DNA from: Fonticula alba ATCC 38817
Taxonomy: Eukaryota > Protista > Nucleariida
Reading direction: 5' to 3' (one strand)
DNA: 64,000 bases
NCBI GenBank assembly: GCA_000388065.2
Contig: KB932201.1
Within the stretch, counting starts at the first letter, position 1, and the number at the start of each line of letters is the position of its first letter. Below the pieces are notes generated by a model. The model ran no database searches and had not been told where the DNA came from. It saw only the letters and a program-made list of their open reading frames with translations. A program made the position numbers and the translations under genes. Of the stretch, positions 48,217 through 59,912 are shown piece by piece.

Positions 48217-50870
48217 TTAGATCTTGACATTCGGCCAGAAAGCGGCCATGGATTGGAAGATGGTCTCGCCTGCGAGACCACCGGTCGCATCCTGAATGTC
48301 CCCACAAGCCGGCAAGCCATCGGCCGTCCAGAAATCCTCAGCCGGGAGGAAATCAAACTGCGGGCCGGTGGTTGCCGTGTCAGGGTCGTCATGCCCTGAT
48401 CGGCAGGTGACCCAGTCGAAGATGGCCCCTGGGGCCGGCACCCGGTTGCGGGCCTCCACCAGCTCGGCCAGCGAGCCAATCAGAGCGGCTTTGATCCGGT
48501 GGTCTGCATCACCGAGCCCCGGTGACAGGGAGGGGTTCTGGTTGACCTCCAAGAGAGCCGGCTGAAGCGGGGCATCCTGGCCGCCCGCCGCCCGGTGGAG
48601 CATCAAATCAAAGCCATAAAGCTCAAAGCAAAAGAGCCCCCGGTCACTTGCGGGGGCGGATGTCTCGCAGGGGAAGTACAGCTCCCTATTTGCCGGGGCC
48701 TCGGAGAGCGGGACCAGCGTGCGCGACACCAGCCGGTAGATATCCCGACGAATGCGTTGGCTCGGGCTGGGGCCCTCAGTGCAGGGGGGACCGGACGTGC
48801 GCCGGTGCTCATCATCGATGTATGCCCAGACAGTGGAAAGCGGCCATGCCGGCGGGGCGCCATCATGCTGGAGGCTCTCTGCGGGGCCGGTGCCGAGTTG
48901 CCACCAGGGGTGTCCGAGGTGGTTTTGCCAATTGGGCGGGCGTGGGGCGAGGGGAGAGGGTCAGCCTGGTGAGCAGCGAGCAGGGGCCTCGTATGTACGA
49001 TTGGCCAGAGAGCAAAGGGCCAGAGAGCGGGAGCCAGCATGACAAAGACATGGAGGGGCACAGCAGACGGAGGGGAGGGACGAACCACGAACAGCGCGGA
49101 CGCAGCTCTCGACCGAGTGCAGCGCGTCCGGATCCTGGACGGAGGCTGCGCCATCTTCTTCCCGCTCGAAGTCCGAATCACCGGCGCCGATGCTGCTGGC
49201 GCTGCTGCCCATGTCGGTGCCATTGGCGCTGCCATTGCCGACAGCCGCATCAAACCAATCCCGATTGAGACAGGTGTTGGTCAGGTGCGCATGGAGGTTG
49301 TCAAACTCGGGCTCCACACCGGGGGAGAGGCCCGACCGGGCAGGTGGATACGGGAAGGGGCACACCCGGATGAGCCCCTCGCGATAGACCCACACGTCGA
49401 GAGGGGGACCAGCGGCGGCCCCGGCCGGCCGGCGCACTGCCACCACATACACCCGTAGGTCATACTTATAGCCGGCAATCAAATGCGGCCGGTGGAGGTA
49501 CTGCTGGGCAACAAGGCTACGCGGGGCCGGGGCTCGCGGCAGCCGGGGCTGGCATGTGGGCTGTGGCGCGGTCAAGCCCAGGCGCCGGATGGCCGCCAGC
49601 GAAGCGGAGCATGGCAACCCCGAGGGGTCATTGGCGGCCGGCATGTCGGGCATGGCCAGCAGCACCTGAGCCAGGTCACGCGTGATGAAGATCCCCCGGC
49701 CGCCACAATCGCGCGGGGGCTTGCTGATGAGTGCATGCTCGAGGGTCAAGGGTCCCGCCGGGCCCGGGGCGGCCGGGAGGTCCATGCCCCGCGAATCCAC
49801 CGTCGAGGCCATCTCGCTCAGCAAGCCAGGCGCCAGGTCCCGGAGCAAAGTGCCGAGATCCCGCGGAAGGACATACGTCGCTGGGGTCATGTGGTGCCGG
49901 TAGTATGTGGCTAGCTCTTGGAAAAGGCGCAGTCGCGGGCAGGGGCCATGAGCATGACGGCAGCTGGCCGGGTGGCTGGAGGCCATGGCGTCCAACGCCT
50001 TGGCCACTGCCTGGAGGAAGGTAGCAAGGCGAGCCTTGTTGCTGCTTGGGGTGGGAAATGTGAGTTGGTCTTTGGCACATGGAGAACTGCTCGACGGCGG
50101 CGAAGGGAGGGCCAAGGGAGGGCGAAGCCAAAAGGGAGCAAGATGCTCACGCACGAAAGTAGCGCCAAGCCGGGGATCCGGTTGACTGCCAGGCCGCGGG
50201 GACAGTGGCGAGTGTACTCCAGCAGGGAGGCCCACTCGCTTGCGCAGGGTCGAGTCACATCCCAAAAGAGGGAGTAGGTGATCTTGGAAGCCGAGAGGTC
50301 TCGCAGACGCTGGTTGCAATCGCGCAACTGGCGAACCGTCCGGGGGAGCGGCTCGCCGGCGGCCATGCGGCGGGCATCCAGCCGGTCGAAAATGCGCCCC
50401 ATGGCCGTGGCACACTGCGGCTGGAAGGTGGCCGTCTCCTCCTTCAGGAGAGCCGCCGTTCGATGTTCCACATGCTTGGACAGGGCCTGGATCTCGACAT
50501 CGACGGCTTCGGCATCGGCCACCTGTCGGCTAGTGGCATTGTGGGATGTCCAGCCTGGTTGTGTGCCAGTGCGCGTGTGTGCGAGTGGGCAGCGGGCCGA
50601 GGGACACAGGGGGCAGGAGGGGGGGGGGGGGGAGGGGGAGCAGCAGTTAGGCCAAGGGTGCAGGGAGGTTTCCGGGGCCCCAAGCGGGCGCAGGAGATCC
50701 GGCGGCGCACCCAATGTCTGCAGATGCTCCCACAGGAAGGCAGGGGCACCGCGCGAACGAAACAGCCGATCATGGTCGATGCCCTTCAGGCAGGTTTGAA
50801 AGGAGGACAGCAGATCCTGGCACTCGGCCTCCGAGGAGTAATCCGAGGGGGTGTCAGCCGCCTCGGCCAT
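48217..50870 (-). CDS. Tubulin-tyrosine ligase-like (TTLL) ATP-grasp enzyme, glutamylase-like, multi-exon
   Basis: Motifs: VNRIPG, TPATYVLP, ISKPPRDCGGRGIFI, QQYLHRPHLIAGYKYDLRVYV, EGLIR, HLTN, CFELYGFDLML, LLEVNQNPSL, D..IKAALI. Confidence 0.9.
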
Positions 50871-51257
50871 CGTGGTAGAGCAGGCAAAGGGGAAGAGAGG
50901 GAGGAGGAGGCAGGGGGGGGGGGAGGAGGAGGGAGCTGCCCGCGAGGGAACTGCGCGCAGGCAAGTGGGGGAGAAAACAGAGTGCCCAAGGTCCCTGACT
51001 CCTGGAAACACAGGGGCCCGAATAGGTTCCTCTGCCGACGGCCGGGGCGGGGGCTGGGGCGTCGGCCTTGCCCGGGTGGTGGCTCGCTCCTCTCCCGCGC
51101 CCTTTGGCCCTGGAAGGAGAAACAAGATGGACGGGCAAGGGGGGGGGGGGACAGTGATCGCGCCCTGGTGTCGAGATCTCATTCACACGCTTTGCCCACT
51201 GCTCGGGGATCCCAGTTCTCCGGGGAGAGGAGGCGTGAGACGGGGCTGGGACATGTC

Positions 51258-51358
<101 letters not shown>

Positions 51359-51646
51359 CGTGCATGCCGCCTGGCGTCCACATCTTGCCCCCCGGCCCGA
51401 GGGGGGCTGTCTCAGGGAGCATGTAAACAAGAGCCATCCAGGGGAAACCGGGCACCGGGCCAACGCCGCGACCCCCCTTTGTACGAGACTGGTGTATGTT
51501 TAGTCCCTCGCCCCCGCCCCCCCCTCACCCAAGCCGGGAGCCGGAGGGCGAAGGCCCGCGGAATTCGAGCAAGTACTCTAAAACGGCCCTCACACTTTTT
51601 CACCAGCCCAGAGAAATATCTTGCAGGGCGGGGCCGGAATTCGGCG

Positions 51647-51661
51647 GTTCTGGAATGTTCA
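51647..51661. promoter_or_regulatory. Three-unit heat-shock-element-like site
   Basis: gTTCtgGAAtgTTCa is a perfect nTTCnnGAAnnTTCn, lying between the BAG 3' end and the TTLL start. Confidence 0.35.
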
Positions 51662-51871
51662 CGTGTGGCCGGGCCATTCACCAGATTGCAAGAGTTAAGG
51701 GGGGGAGGGGCAAGCAGGCACATTTTCTTTTGAGATTTTTGGGTTTTTTATTTCTGTTGTAGTTGGGCGAGAACGAAGACACAAGGACAAGAGAGAAGAG
51801 GTCAGAGGGGCTCTGCTCTGCAAGCAAGCAGGCAGGCAAGCCGGGGGGGGGGGGGGAGCCGCCCGCCATGC

Positions 51872-54415
51872 TCAGGTGCTGACCTCGATGGTTGCGGCCG
51901 AGGGCAGGTCCCCGAGGGAGGAAGACCGGGAGAGGCCGGTGGCAGCCTGCTGGCGGGCCAGGCGCCGACGCTGGCGGCGGCTGAGGATGGGCGAAGTGTC
52001 GCGAACGCGCAGGGGGTTCTTCTTCCCGGCGCGGGCCTGCTTGCCGCGGACGCGCAGGCGTGTGGACTTGGACAGCAGACCGCTCGGCGAGGGGGCCAGG
52101 TCAAGGTGATCGAAGAAGTCCGGCGAGTCGAAGGAGAACCCATCGTCCTCGGTGTCGTCCCGGTCCACCAGCTGCTCCGGCTGCGAGTCCTCCTGCTCAT
52201 GGTCGCTCAGGACCGCGGGGAGGGGGGCAACCTGGTGGGCCTCCTCCACATCGGACATGGCATGTGTCCCGGGGAGGGGCTCCAGAGCGGCCGCAATGTG
52301 GTCGAGGTCGGTGTCGGTGAAGCTGTCGTCAGTGTCAGCCTCGCTGCTGTCGTCCTCGGACCGGCCATCAGACTCGCTGGCAGAGTCGTCGATCGGCAGG
52401 ACCGAGAGGCAGGCGCCACTGCCGTCGGAGGCCAGGAAGTCGAACTCGCTGTCCTCCTCGGCGTCGCTGTCGGAGGTGGAGTCCGAGCTGGAGGCAACAA
52501 AGTCCAGCTCGTCGTCGGTCGAGGCGTCGAGCTCCATGTCGCCGGAGCCCTCGGCCCGAGGCAGCTGCTCGACGATGCTGGGGTCGGCCTCGAGAACCGC
52601 ACGCAGGCGGGCCTCAGCGCGCAGGACCTCCAGCTGGTCCAGGTGGCCCTGGATGAAGTCCACCAGCTCCCGGCGAAGGCCACGAAGGAGGCTGTTGCCA
52701 TTGGTGGACACGCCGTCGAGCTTCAGCAGGGTGCGAAGGAGCGAATCCTCCAGATAGAGGAAGGCGAAGCTCAGCTTGGGCTGGCCATCATGGCCGAGGG
52801 TCAGCGGCCGGGCCAGAGGGCAGGGGGCCTTCTCGGCACCGGCCGGGCCGAAGACCTCCGGGCCGGCCTTCTCCAGGATGTCCTGGACCTCCAGGCGAAT
52901 GCGCCCAAGGCGAGCCAGGGTCCGGAGGTTCTTGCGCATCCGGCGCCCATCCCACCAGTCGTAGATCCGGCTGGCGGCGCGGTGCTTGCTCAGCAGCTCG
53001 GTGGCCGCGTGGAGGACATTCTCGCCGTCGGAATCGGTGTCCATATCGGCATCGGAGTCGGTGTTCATGTCGGCATCGGAGTCGGAGGCGAGGTCGCCCT
53101 CGGAGTCGGAGCTTGCATCGGAGCTGGACGCGGACTCCGAGGCGGAGGAGTCCTGCTGCAAGGCCATCATGGCCGACTCGATGTCAAGCTCGGCGGCGTC
53201 GGAGTCGGACTCCATGTCGGAGTCGACATCGGCCACGTAGGAGGGGAAGAGGTCATGCGAGGTGGCAGGAGCGGCCACCGAGGGAGCCATCGGAGCAGGG
53301 GCGGCGGCACGCTGCTGCTTCTGCTGCGGCTGCGGGTGCGGCTGCTTCTGCTGCTGGAGGTGAGGGAAGAGGAGGCGGGTGAGGACCGAGGAAAGGTCCA
53401 GGCCCTCGTCCTGGTCGTCGTGCTCATTGTCCTCATCATGCTCGGTGTCCGCCTCGGAGGAGGAAGAGGAGGCATGGTCGGAGTCGGAGCTGTGGGCGTC
53501 GGTGCTGTCGGCCTCCTCCATGTGGTCAGAGTGCTGGCCGTGGAATTCCTGCTCCTGGTCGGAGTGGGGCACATCCTGGTCGGCATCCTCGTCGTGCTGG
53601 ACGCGGCGCAGGCCGAGAGCCCGGAGCAGGAGGTCCTCCTGCATCTGGCGGAGCTCCTGGTCGTAGGAGCGCATGCGGGTGGGCGGCGCGGCCGGAGGGG
53701 CAGCCTGGCGGTGCTGGGGGCGCTGCATCCGCGACGCATGCCCGGGGAAGGCACACTCGGTGGCATGGTCCTCGGCGTCATTGGCGGCATGGCGGCAGGT
53801 TCGGCCATCGTGCTGGTGGTGGCCGTGGATGTGGCGACCGGCAGCGGTGCGGGCCGCCTGGTGGGAGAAGGTACCAGGCTCGTTGGCCGGGTCCAGGAAC
53901 ATCACCTGGTACTGGGTGGGCTGGTGGCGGCGCTGGGGACCAGTCCCACGAAGCAGAAGATCGCAGGGGCTGCGGGCGGGCGGGGCCACCGGCTCGGTGA
54001 CCGAGTAGTGCAGGCCGGTGTAGGGGTCCTGCATGATGCGCCGGCGGCGGTGGGGATGCTGCTGCGGGTGGCGGTAGGGGTGGGACGCGGCGGCCGCGGC
54101 AGCGGCCAGCTGGTATGCCGCATCCAGGGAGCGCTGACGCCGGCGCTGAAGCTGCTCCTGGCGCTGAAGCTGCTCCTGGCGGCGGAGCTCCTCCTGGCGG
54201 CGGAGCTGGGCCGCCAGGCGCTGGCGCTCCAGGGCGCGGGCCGACATGGACATGAGGGCCAGCTGCTGGAAGGGGTCAGCGGGATGGGCCTGGGGCCGGG
54301 CCGAGGTGCGGCGGTAAACGCGCTCGGTCGGGCGCCCGTAGGTGGCATGAGCCCGAGGGTGGTACTCGGGGACAAGGGAGAAGCCCATGAGGGGATGATG
54401 GGCGAGGAGGTCCAT
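51872..54415 (-). CDS. Intronless BAG-domain Hsp70 co-chaperone (847 aa) with an IQ-like motif and large acidic disordered regions
   Basis: Single ORF from catcATGgac at 54415. BAG signature LYLEDSLLRTLLKLDGVSTNGNSLLRGLRRELVDFIQGHLDQLE. Confidence 0.85.
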   Translation of the reverse strand: MDLLAHHPLMGFSLVPEYHPRAHATYGRPTERVYRRTSARPQAHPADPFQQLALMSMSARALERQRLAAQLRRQEELRRQEQLQRQEQLQRRRQRSLDAAYQLAAAAAAASHPYRHPQQHPHRRRRIMQDPYTGLHYSVTEPVAPPARSPCDLLLRGTGPQRRHQPTQYQVMFLDPANEPGTFSHQAARTAAGRHIHGHHQHDGRTCRHAANDAEDHATECAFPGHASRMQRPQHRQAAPPAAPPTRMRSYDQELRQMQEDLLLRALGLRRVQHDEDADQDVPHSDQEQEFHGQHSDHMEEADSTDAHSSDSDHASSSSSEADTEHDEDNEHDDQDEGLDLSSVLTRLLFPHLQQQKQPHPQPQQKQQRAAAPAPMAPSVAAPATSHDLFPSYVADVDSDMESDSDAAELDIESAMMALQQDSSASESASSSDASSDSEGDLASDSDADMNTDSDADMDTDSDGENVLHAATELLSKHRAASRIYDWWDGRRMRKNLRTLARLGRIRLEVQDILEKAGPEVFGPAGAEKAPCPLARPLTLGHDGQPKLSFAFLYLEDSLLRTLLKLDGVSTNGNSLLRGLRRELVDFIQGHLDQLEVLRAEARLRAVLEADPSIVEQLPRAEGSGDMELDASTDDELDFVASSSDSTSDSDAEEDSEFDFLASDGSGACLSVLPIDDSASESDGRSEDDSSEADTDDSFTDTDLDHIAAALEPLPGTHAMSDVEEAHQVAPLPAVLSDHEQEDSQPEQLVDRDDTEDDGFSFDSPDFFDHLDLAPSPSGLLSKSTRLRVRGKQARAGKKNPLRVRDTSPILSRRQRRRLARQQAATGLSRSSSLGDLPSAATIEVST

Positions 54416-54560
54416 GATTGCGGTGTGTGCTGGGAGTGGGGAGGGAGAGGGAAGAGAAGGTAGTGTTTGAGCGTTGATGGTGGTGCGTGTTGGGAGGGGG
54501 GGGAGAGAGAGCAGATGTTTTTCTGTGTCCGAGCCAACCAAGGCAGCACCAAAACGGGCC

Positions 54561-54568
54561 TTTATATA
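54561..54568 (-). promoter_or_regulatory. TATA-box candidate of the BAG gene
   Basis: TATATAAA on the minus strand, ~146 nt upstream of the BAG ATG, in otherwise very GC-rich DNA. Confidence 0.6.
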
Positions 54569-55217
54569 GCTGGGCAGAGGGCCGAGGGCGGAGGGGGGAG
54601 GGGGGGGGGGGGGGGCTCAGTGAGGGCCGAAGAGGGCATGTCCCACCACCACCACCACCACCACCACCACTGCCCCCACCACTGCCCCCACTGCCACGAC
54701 TAAGCAGTATATCCTCCCCGGGGGAGGATGGCTGGCGGCCCAATCTGGGCTCACTGGTCAGCCGGTCTCCCAGCCACAGTTCGATCTCAGGGGGGCTCGG
54801 GGCCGGAGGATGGGGCCCCCATACGGAACGATGCCCTGAATGGAACCATCGCCGAGCAACTTGCCTGCGAACGGGCCACACACGCACACACACACGCACA
54901 CGCACACACACACACACACGCGTACAAACGCGCGCTGGAAGAAACCTACGATCACCGGGGGCCGGCGGACCAGGGGCCGCCTCCATGGCGAAGGATGCTT
55001 GGCCGGGTGTGGGAACGCTGGGGCCAAGGAAAACCGACATGCCCTGGGAAGCCCCCCCATCCATACAGTTGGCGGAAACACGTCCGGACTAGTGGGGGGG
55101 GGGGGGGGGGCGCCCCCTCTCCCGCATTCGCTTGCACGCAAGTGTACCTCCACTCACACAGCACACACATACACACATACATGCTTACACACTCACATAC
55201 ATGATGTGCAATACACA

Positions 55218-55252
<35 letters not shown>

Positions 55253-57498
55253 GCGACCGGGTGTGTTCTGGTAGCATAATCCCCACACACATTCTTGCCT
55301 GGCCTAGATTCAGGGCGGACCTGGCCCAGTGGAGAAGGACCCAGAACGCTTATATCTTGCGTCGGCACTCTGGGCCACCGCGTAAGCATCGCTTTGGGCC
55401 GGAGCCCCGGGACCCGTGGGCCATAGTCCGAAGGTTCCACCGCCCCGGCGAAGGCTCCAGAAAGGCCAGGAGCCCTCGCGGGGCGTCGAGGCGGACCGGG
55501 AAACGTCCACCAAACCGTTGGCATGTCTCGACTGTGTGGCGCCATGACTATTGTCACGTTGTGGCCGTCCGCGTGACCCTCCCGATGTCCGTCGGAGTCA
55601 GCGCCCGGGCCGGCCCATCCCCACGCGATGGCACACGCGCATGCACAACGGCCCCTCGGGGGAGGGCGGGGGGGGGCGGGCGCAACTTGACCGCCGGACC
55701 CCGGGAGGATGATCGGACCGGCCTCTCGCGGATCCCCCCTCCCCCACCCCCGGTGCGGGCCTGCGCTGGTTGATCAGTCGTCGGTTCTCCGTCAAGACGC
55801 GACCCCCATGGGAGTCAAGGGCAAAAGCAGGGAGGGCCCCGGCGGCGGGGTTTCGTTGCTAATTGTTGTTGTTTTTTGTTGTTTTTTTTTTTCTGCCACC
55901 GTCAGTCTATTGGAGACCTGTGGCCGGATCGCGCCGGGGGAGGAAAGGCAGGGTGCAGACTCTGAGCTCCGGCCGCCCCTATTCGGCCTCCTGGGCGCGG
56001 GGGGGGGGGCGGGGCGGGCGGGGAGCGGCCTCTCCTTGGGCGAGGAAGGGGGCTGATTCCGGGTCCTCCCGGTTCGGAAGCGGGGAGGGGCCGGCGTCTT
56101 GTCAATTCCGTGGGGATGGCTCGGGGTGCCGAGCGGGAGGGTGACCAGAGACGAGGGAAATTATGGCAAATATTGCCGCCTCTGACATGCTGGCCAGCAG
56201 GAGACCCTCACTCGGCGAAGGCGCCGCCGAGCCGAGCCGAGCCGAGCCGAGCCATCCCTCTCAAAAGGCCATGATGGCCCAAGGGCCAAAGGACAGGGGG
56301 GCCATGCGCCCCAGACGGGATGCCTGCTCCCCTGCCGGTGGGCTCGCTGATTGTCTCCTTCGCAGGATGTGCCAGCCATAGTGGCCCAGAGGGAGGTCGC
56401 TATCTACGCGAGGCAGGGGGGGGGGGGGGAGGGTCGGCATAAAGACCCTGATGTGACAAGACAGCTGCCGCTCATCGGCGATCCGAGTGCTGTGAACGCC
56501 CCTCACATCGACCCAGGGGGACGGGCGCCGAGGGAGGGCCAAGCGAACATCCGGTCGAGCGCAGCCCGCGAGCCCGGTAAAGCATGCACGCGAGGGCATC
56601 CGGCAGGAGTGACTGAGGCTGGCACAGATGGTGTTGTCTTTCCTGGTCAGCCCCGAGGAGGGGGGGGGGGGGGCCTCCCCGACCAGGGCCTTACCTGGGC
56701 CATGCTGTTGCATGCCTCTCCCCCTCCCAGCAGGTCGCACGACGCTCCCGCCAGTCTATTTGTTCGATGGCCCCGGGAGTGGGAGACATGGCGGAGGCGG
56801 GGGCCGGACGGGGGGCGGGGGGGGGGGGGCGGAAGGACACAGGCCCGTGTCGGCCACGGCTCAACATCCATTGTGGGCTAGACCCATCATGGGCATGAAC
56901 AGACGCGAGCCGCCATGCCCAATGACGCGATGCGGCCACCACGGCCGCCCCGCCTCCCGGTAGACATGCCGATGACAGCGCCTCCCGATCTCCTGGTCTC
57001 CTCGTGGCAGCTGGGTGGGACGGATCGTCTGCCGGTCGGCGTACTCGCGCGGCTCCCGGGCACAAACGACCCCCCCTGGGGCGCGGACACATGGCACGGC
57101 ATTTCATCAGCCTGCTGCCTGATGTCCCCTTCCCCCACCAGGCAGGTCAGAATACCTCCCCAGTGGATTTCCCCGCTTCCCTTCTCGGCCTTCCCTTTCG
57201 CCTCGCGTCGCTCTATCACAAGTCCGTGACTTTGCATCAGCCAGCTCCGCATCCCCCCCCCCCCCTTGCCTCTGGTAGCATTACCGCCACACACTCTCCC
57301 CACCTCGCGTGCCATCAGGTACTGTCCCCCTCGCCCGGACGCTTCCATCGCACTCAGAGATCGCCAATACTTGTGAGGCCTTCCTCTCGGCCAAACGGTC
57401 CAGCCACAAGTCCTTGAATCGCGGCCCTGCTGCCCTCCTCCCCCTGCCCCTGGTATGTCAAGGCATATGCCTCAACATGACCACCACTGCCTGTGACC

Positions 57499-59912
57499 AT
57501 GATGGCCACCGACCCGAAAGTGTCTGCATTATCTGACCGATTCCATGGTGGCACCCGAAGACCAAGCCTCACGCCTGCTCACCTGCTCACCTGCCTGCCC
57601 GCCCGCCCGCCCGCCTCGCCTCCCGCCCGGACCTCTGCACCCACGCGACAGAGACCCAGCTTGTCCCCCGCTTGCCTTCGGCCCTGCACATCCATTCCTC
57701 GGTGACCCGGCCTTTTCCTCCCTCCGCCCCCCCCCCGCCCCGCCCCTGTCGCAGGAAAGTACCTTGCCCATGGTCCGAACGTCCGATCGCGCCACCACGT
57801 CCTCCGGCACCGCCACGGTGGTCGTCACCCCGGAGTCCCCCGGATCGAGCTCCTCGCGCCAGACTTCACGCAAGAAGCTCGGCCTCAAGAACTCCTCCAA
57901 GCACGACAAGAGCAATGCCCACGCGGCGGCCGAGCAGGCTCTCGCCGAGGGGCCGTCAACACCGCCGGTTCGGCTGCGTCTGCACCATGTCCCAGCCCAG
58001 CCGGCACCGTCCTCTGCCAAGAAGAAGGCCAAGAGCCCGCGCTCGCGCGAGCCCCCAGCCACGCCGGCCCACTCGGCCGCCTTCAGCCACGAGCTTCTGA
58101 GCCATCCGGCCGCCCGGGCCACACATGTACCTCCCGGGGGCGACACTCGCCGGCATCATGTGCCGACGAACCTGCCAAGCCCGTGGCCCCCAACTCGGGC
58201 CGGGCAGCACCCCCAGCCCTCGGCGGCGGATGAATGGGCGCCGGCCATGCCGCTCCCGGCGCGCATGGAATGGACGCGAAATGTCCCTGGCCTGGAGGAC
58301 CTTTGCTTCTTCGACACCACCGGCCCGGATGGGCGGCCCCTGTGCATGCCCATCCCGCGGGAGGCGTCCTTCGATTTGATCCCCGAGCTTCGTGGGCCGG
58401 CCCCCCGGCGGCCGTCCGGCCACTCTCATCCAGGCCAGCCCGCTCACGGGCCCCCGACCAGGAGGATGTCACGAAGCCCCAGTGCGACGAGCGTCTCCTC
58501 GGCCAGCCCGGTGGCGACTGCCACAGGGTTCGGCCCTTCGCCGAGCACTGTCCCGACGGCCGGCAGCAGCCCGAGCGCATCGCAGCAGAGCGTCAACCGA
58601 CTGGCCACGGCCCCGGTGTCGGCATGTCCCTCGATGGACCTGAGCCGGGGCAGCCCCTCGGGCAGTCTGACGCGCCGGCTCTTTGGCCGGCCATTCGGCC
58701 GGAAGACCGGCCGGCGCCAGTACCAGGACCCCGGGGCCTTCGCCTTTGACCCGGCGGTCACGTTGAATTTGACGCCGAGCCCTTCGCAGGGCAGCGTCTC
58801 TGGCGGGCATGCCGCCCCTTCCCCTTCCGGAGCCGGTCAGCAGCCGCCGACGCCGACCGTGGCCGAGGCCGGGGTCCGGGTGATCGAGGCCAGCCAGCTG
58901 GACCCGGCGGTGCTGTCCCAGCTGGCGGCCGTGGCCTCGCCGACCAGCGGCCCTGCCGGCGAACGGGTTGTCGACCTGACCAATGCCACGCCCGAGCAGA
59001 TTGAGGACTTCTTCCGCCAAGCAGCCGAGAGTTCGCTCGGGTCCGCTTCGGCCGGAGCCGAGTCCGCTGGCGAGACTGTGGCACCTGACGTGGCCTTCGC
59101 AGATCTCGCAGCAGGTGTGTCCTCCCCTATTTCCACACACACACACACACACACACACCTCCTTTCTGCTCGCCCTGCTGTGCCTTTCCTCCTGCGGCCT
59201 GGCGTTGGCGCACTGCCACTCCCAGTGTCTCGCCCCTTTGCCAATGGGCCGCTCGCTGTCTCACCTGTCTCGCGCCCTCTCTCGGTTCTTTCATGCCTGC
59301 TCGACATCATGGTCGGGATGTGATGGTGGCCGCGCGGTCCCCCTCCTGCTGCTGACCTCCTCCCCCCCTCACCCCCCCTCTGCCGGGCATGTTGCAGGAC
59401 CATCCACTCGGTCCAGCCGGTGGCGTTTGTCGAAGAAGTGGCGCTCGCGGGCCAAGCGCGTGCTTGGTGCCATTGCCATCACCGGCGGTGTGCTGGTGGT
59501 TGTGGGAGGGGTGGTGGCCATGACGGTGCTCTTCCCGCCGGGGCTCTTCCTGCTATTGCCGATCGTGGCGGCGGTCGGTGTCACCGGTGCCGATGCCATC
59601 ACCAATGCCCGGGGCAGCGAGCTTGCCGGGGAGCATGACGACTCCATCCGCGCTGACAGCGACCCAGTCGGGCGCGCGCTGGCCGAGGACTTTGCCGCGG
59701 CCGACTTCCAGGCCGAAGGGGCCCTCGACCGGCCGGCGGTCTTCGCCTCGCCGGTGAGTGGCTCGGCCTCTCAACGGCCATCGGTAGATGACCACCATGA
59801 GGGGGAGTATGTGGTCGATGAGCCGATGCCCGTGGCGGTGGCCTCCTCCGACCCGATCCCCGGCGCCATCCCCGCCTACCCGCCGCCCTCGTATGATGAG
59901 ATTTTCTCGTGA
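57499..59912 (+). CDS. Uncharacterised Pro/Ser-rich protein with a hydrophobic hairpin and a C-terminal PPxY motif
   Basis: Large exon ~57755-59114, phase-1 intron 59115-59397, and a last exon with RVLGAIAITGGVLVVVGGVVAMTVLFPPGLFLLLPIVAAVGV and PAYPPPSYDEIFS*. The small first exon 57499-57519 is tentative; the alternative start is 57770. Confidence 0.7.

Noticed and set aside
52106-54463. 785-aa ORF antisense to the BAG gene
   Set aside because: It mirrors the codons of a GC3-rich gene and has no motifs; a typical shadow ORF.
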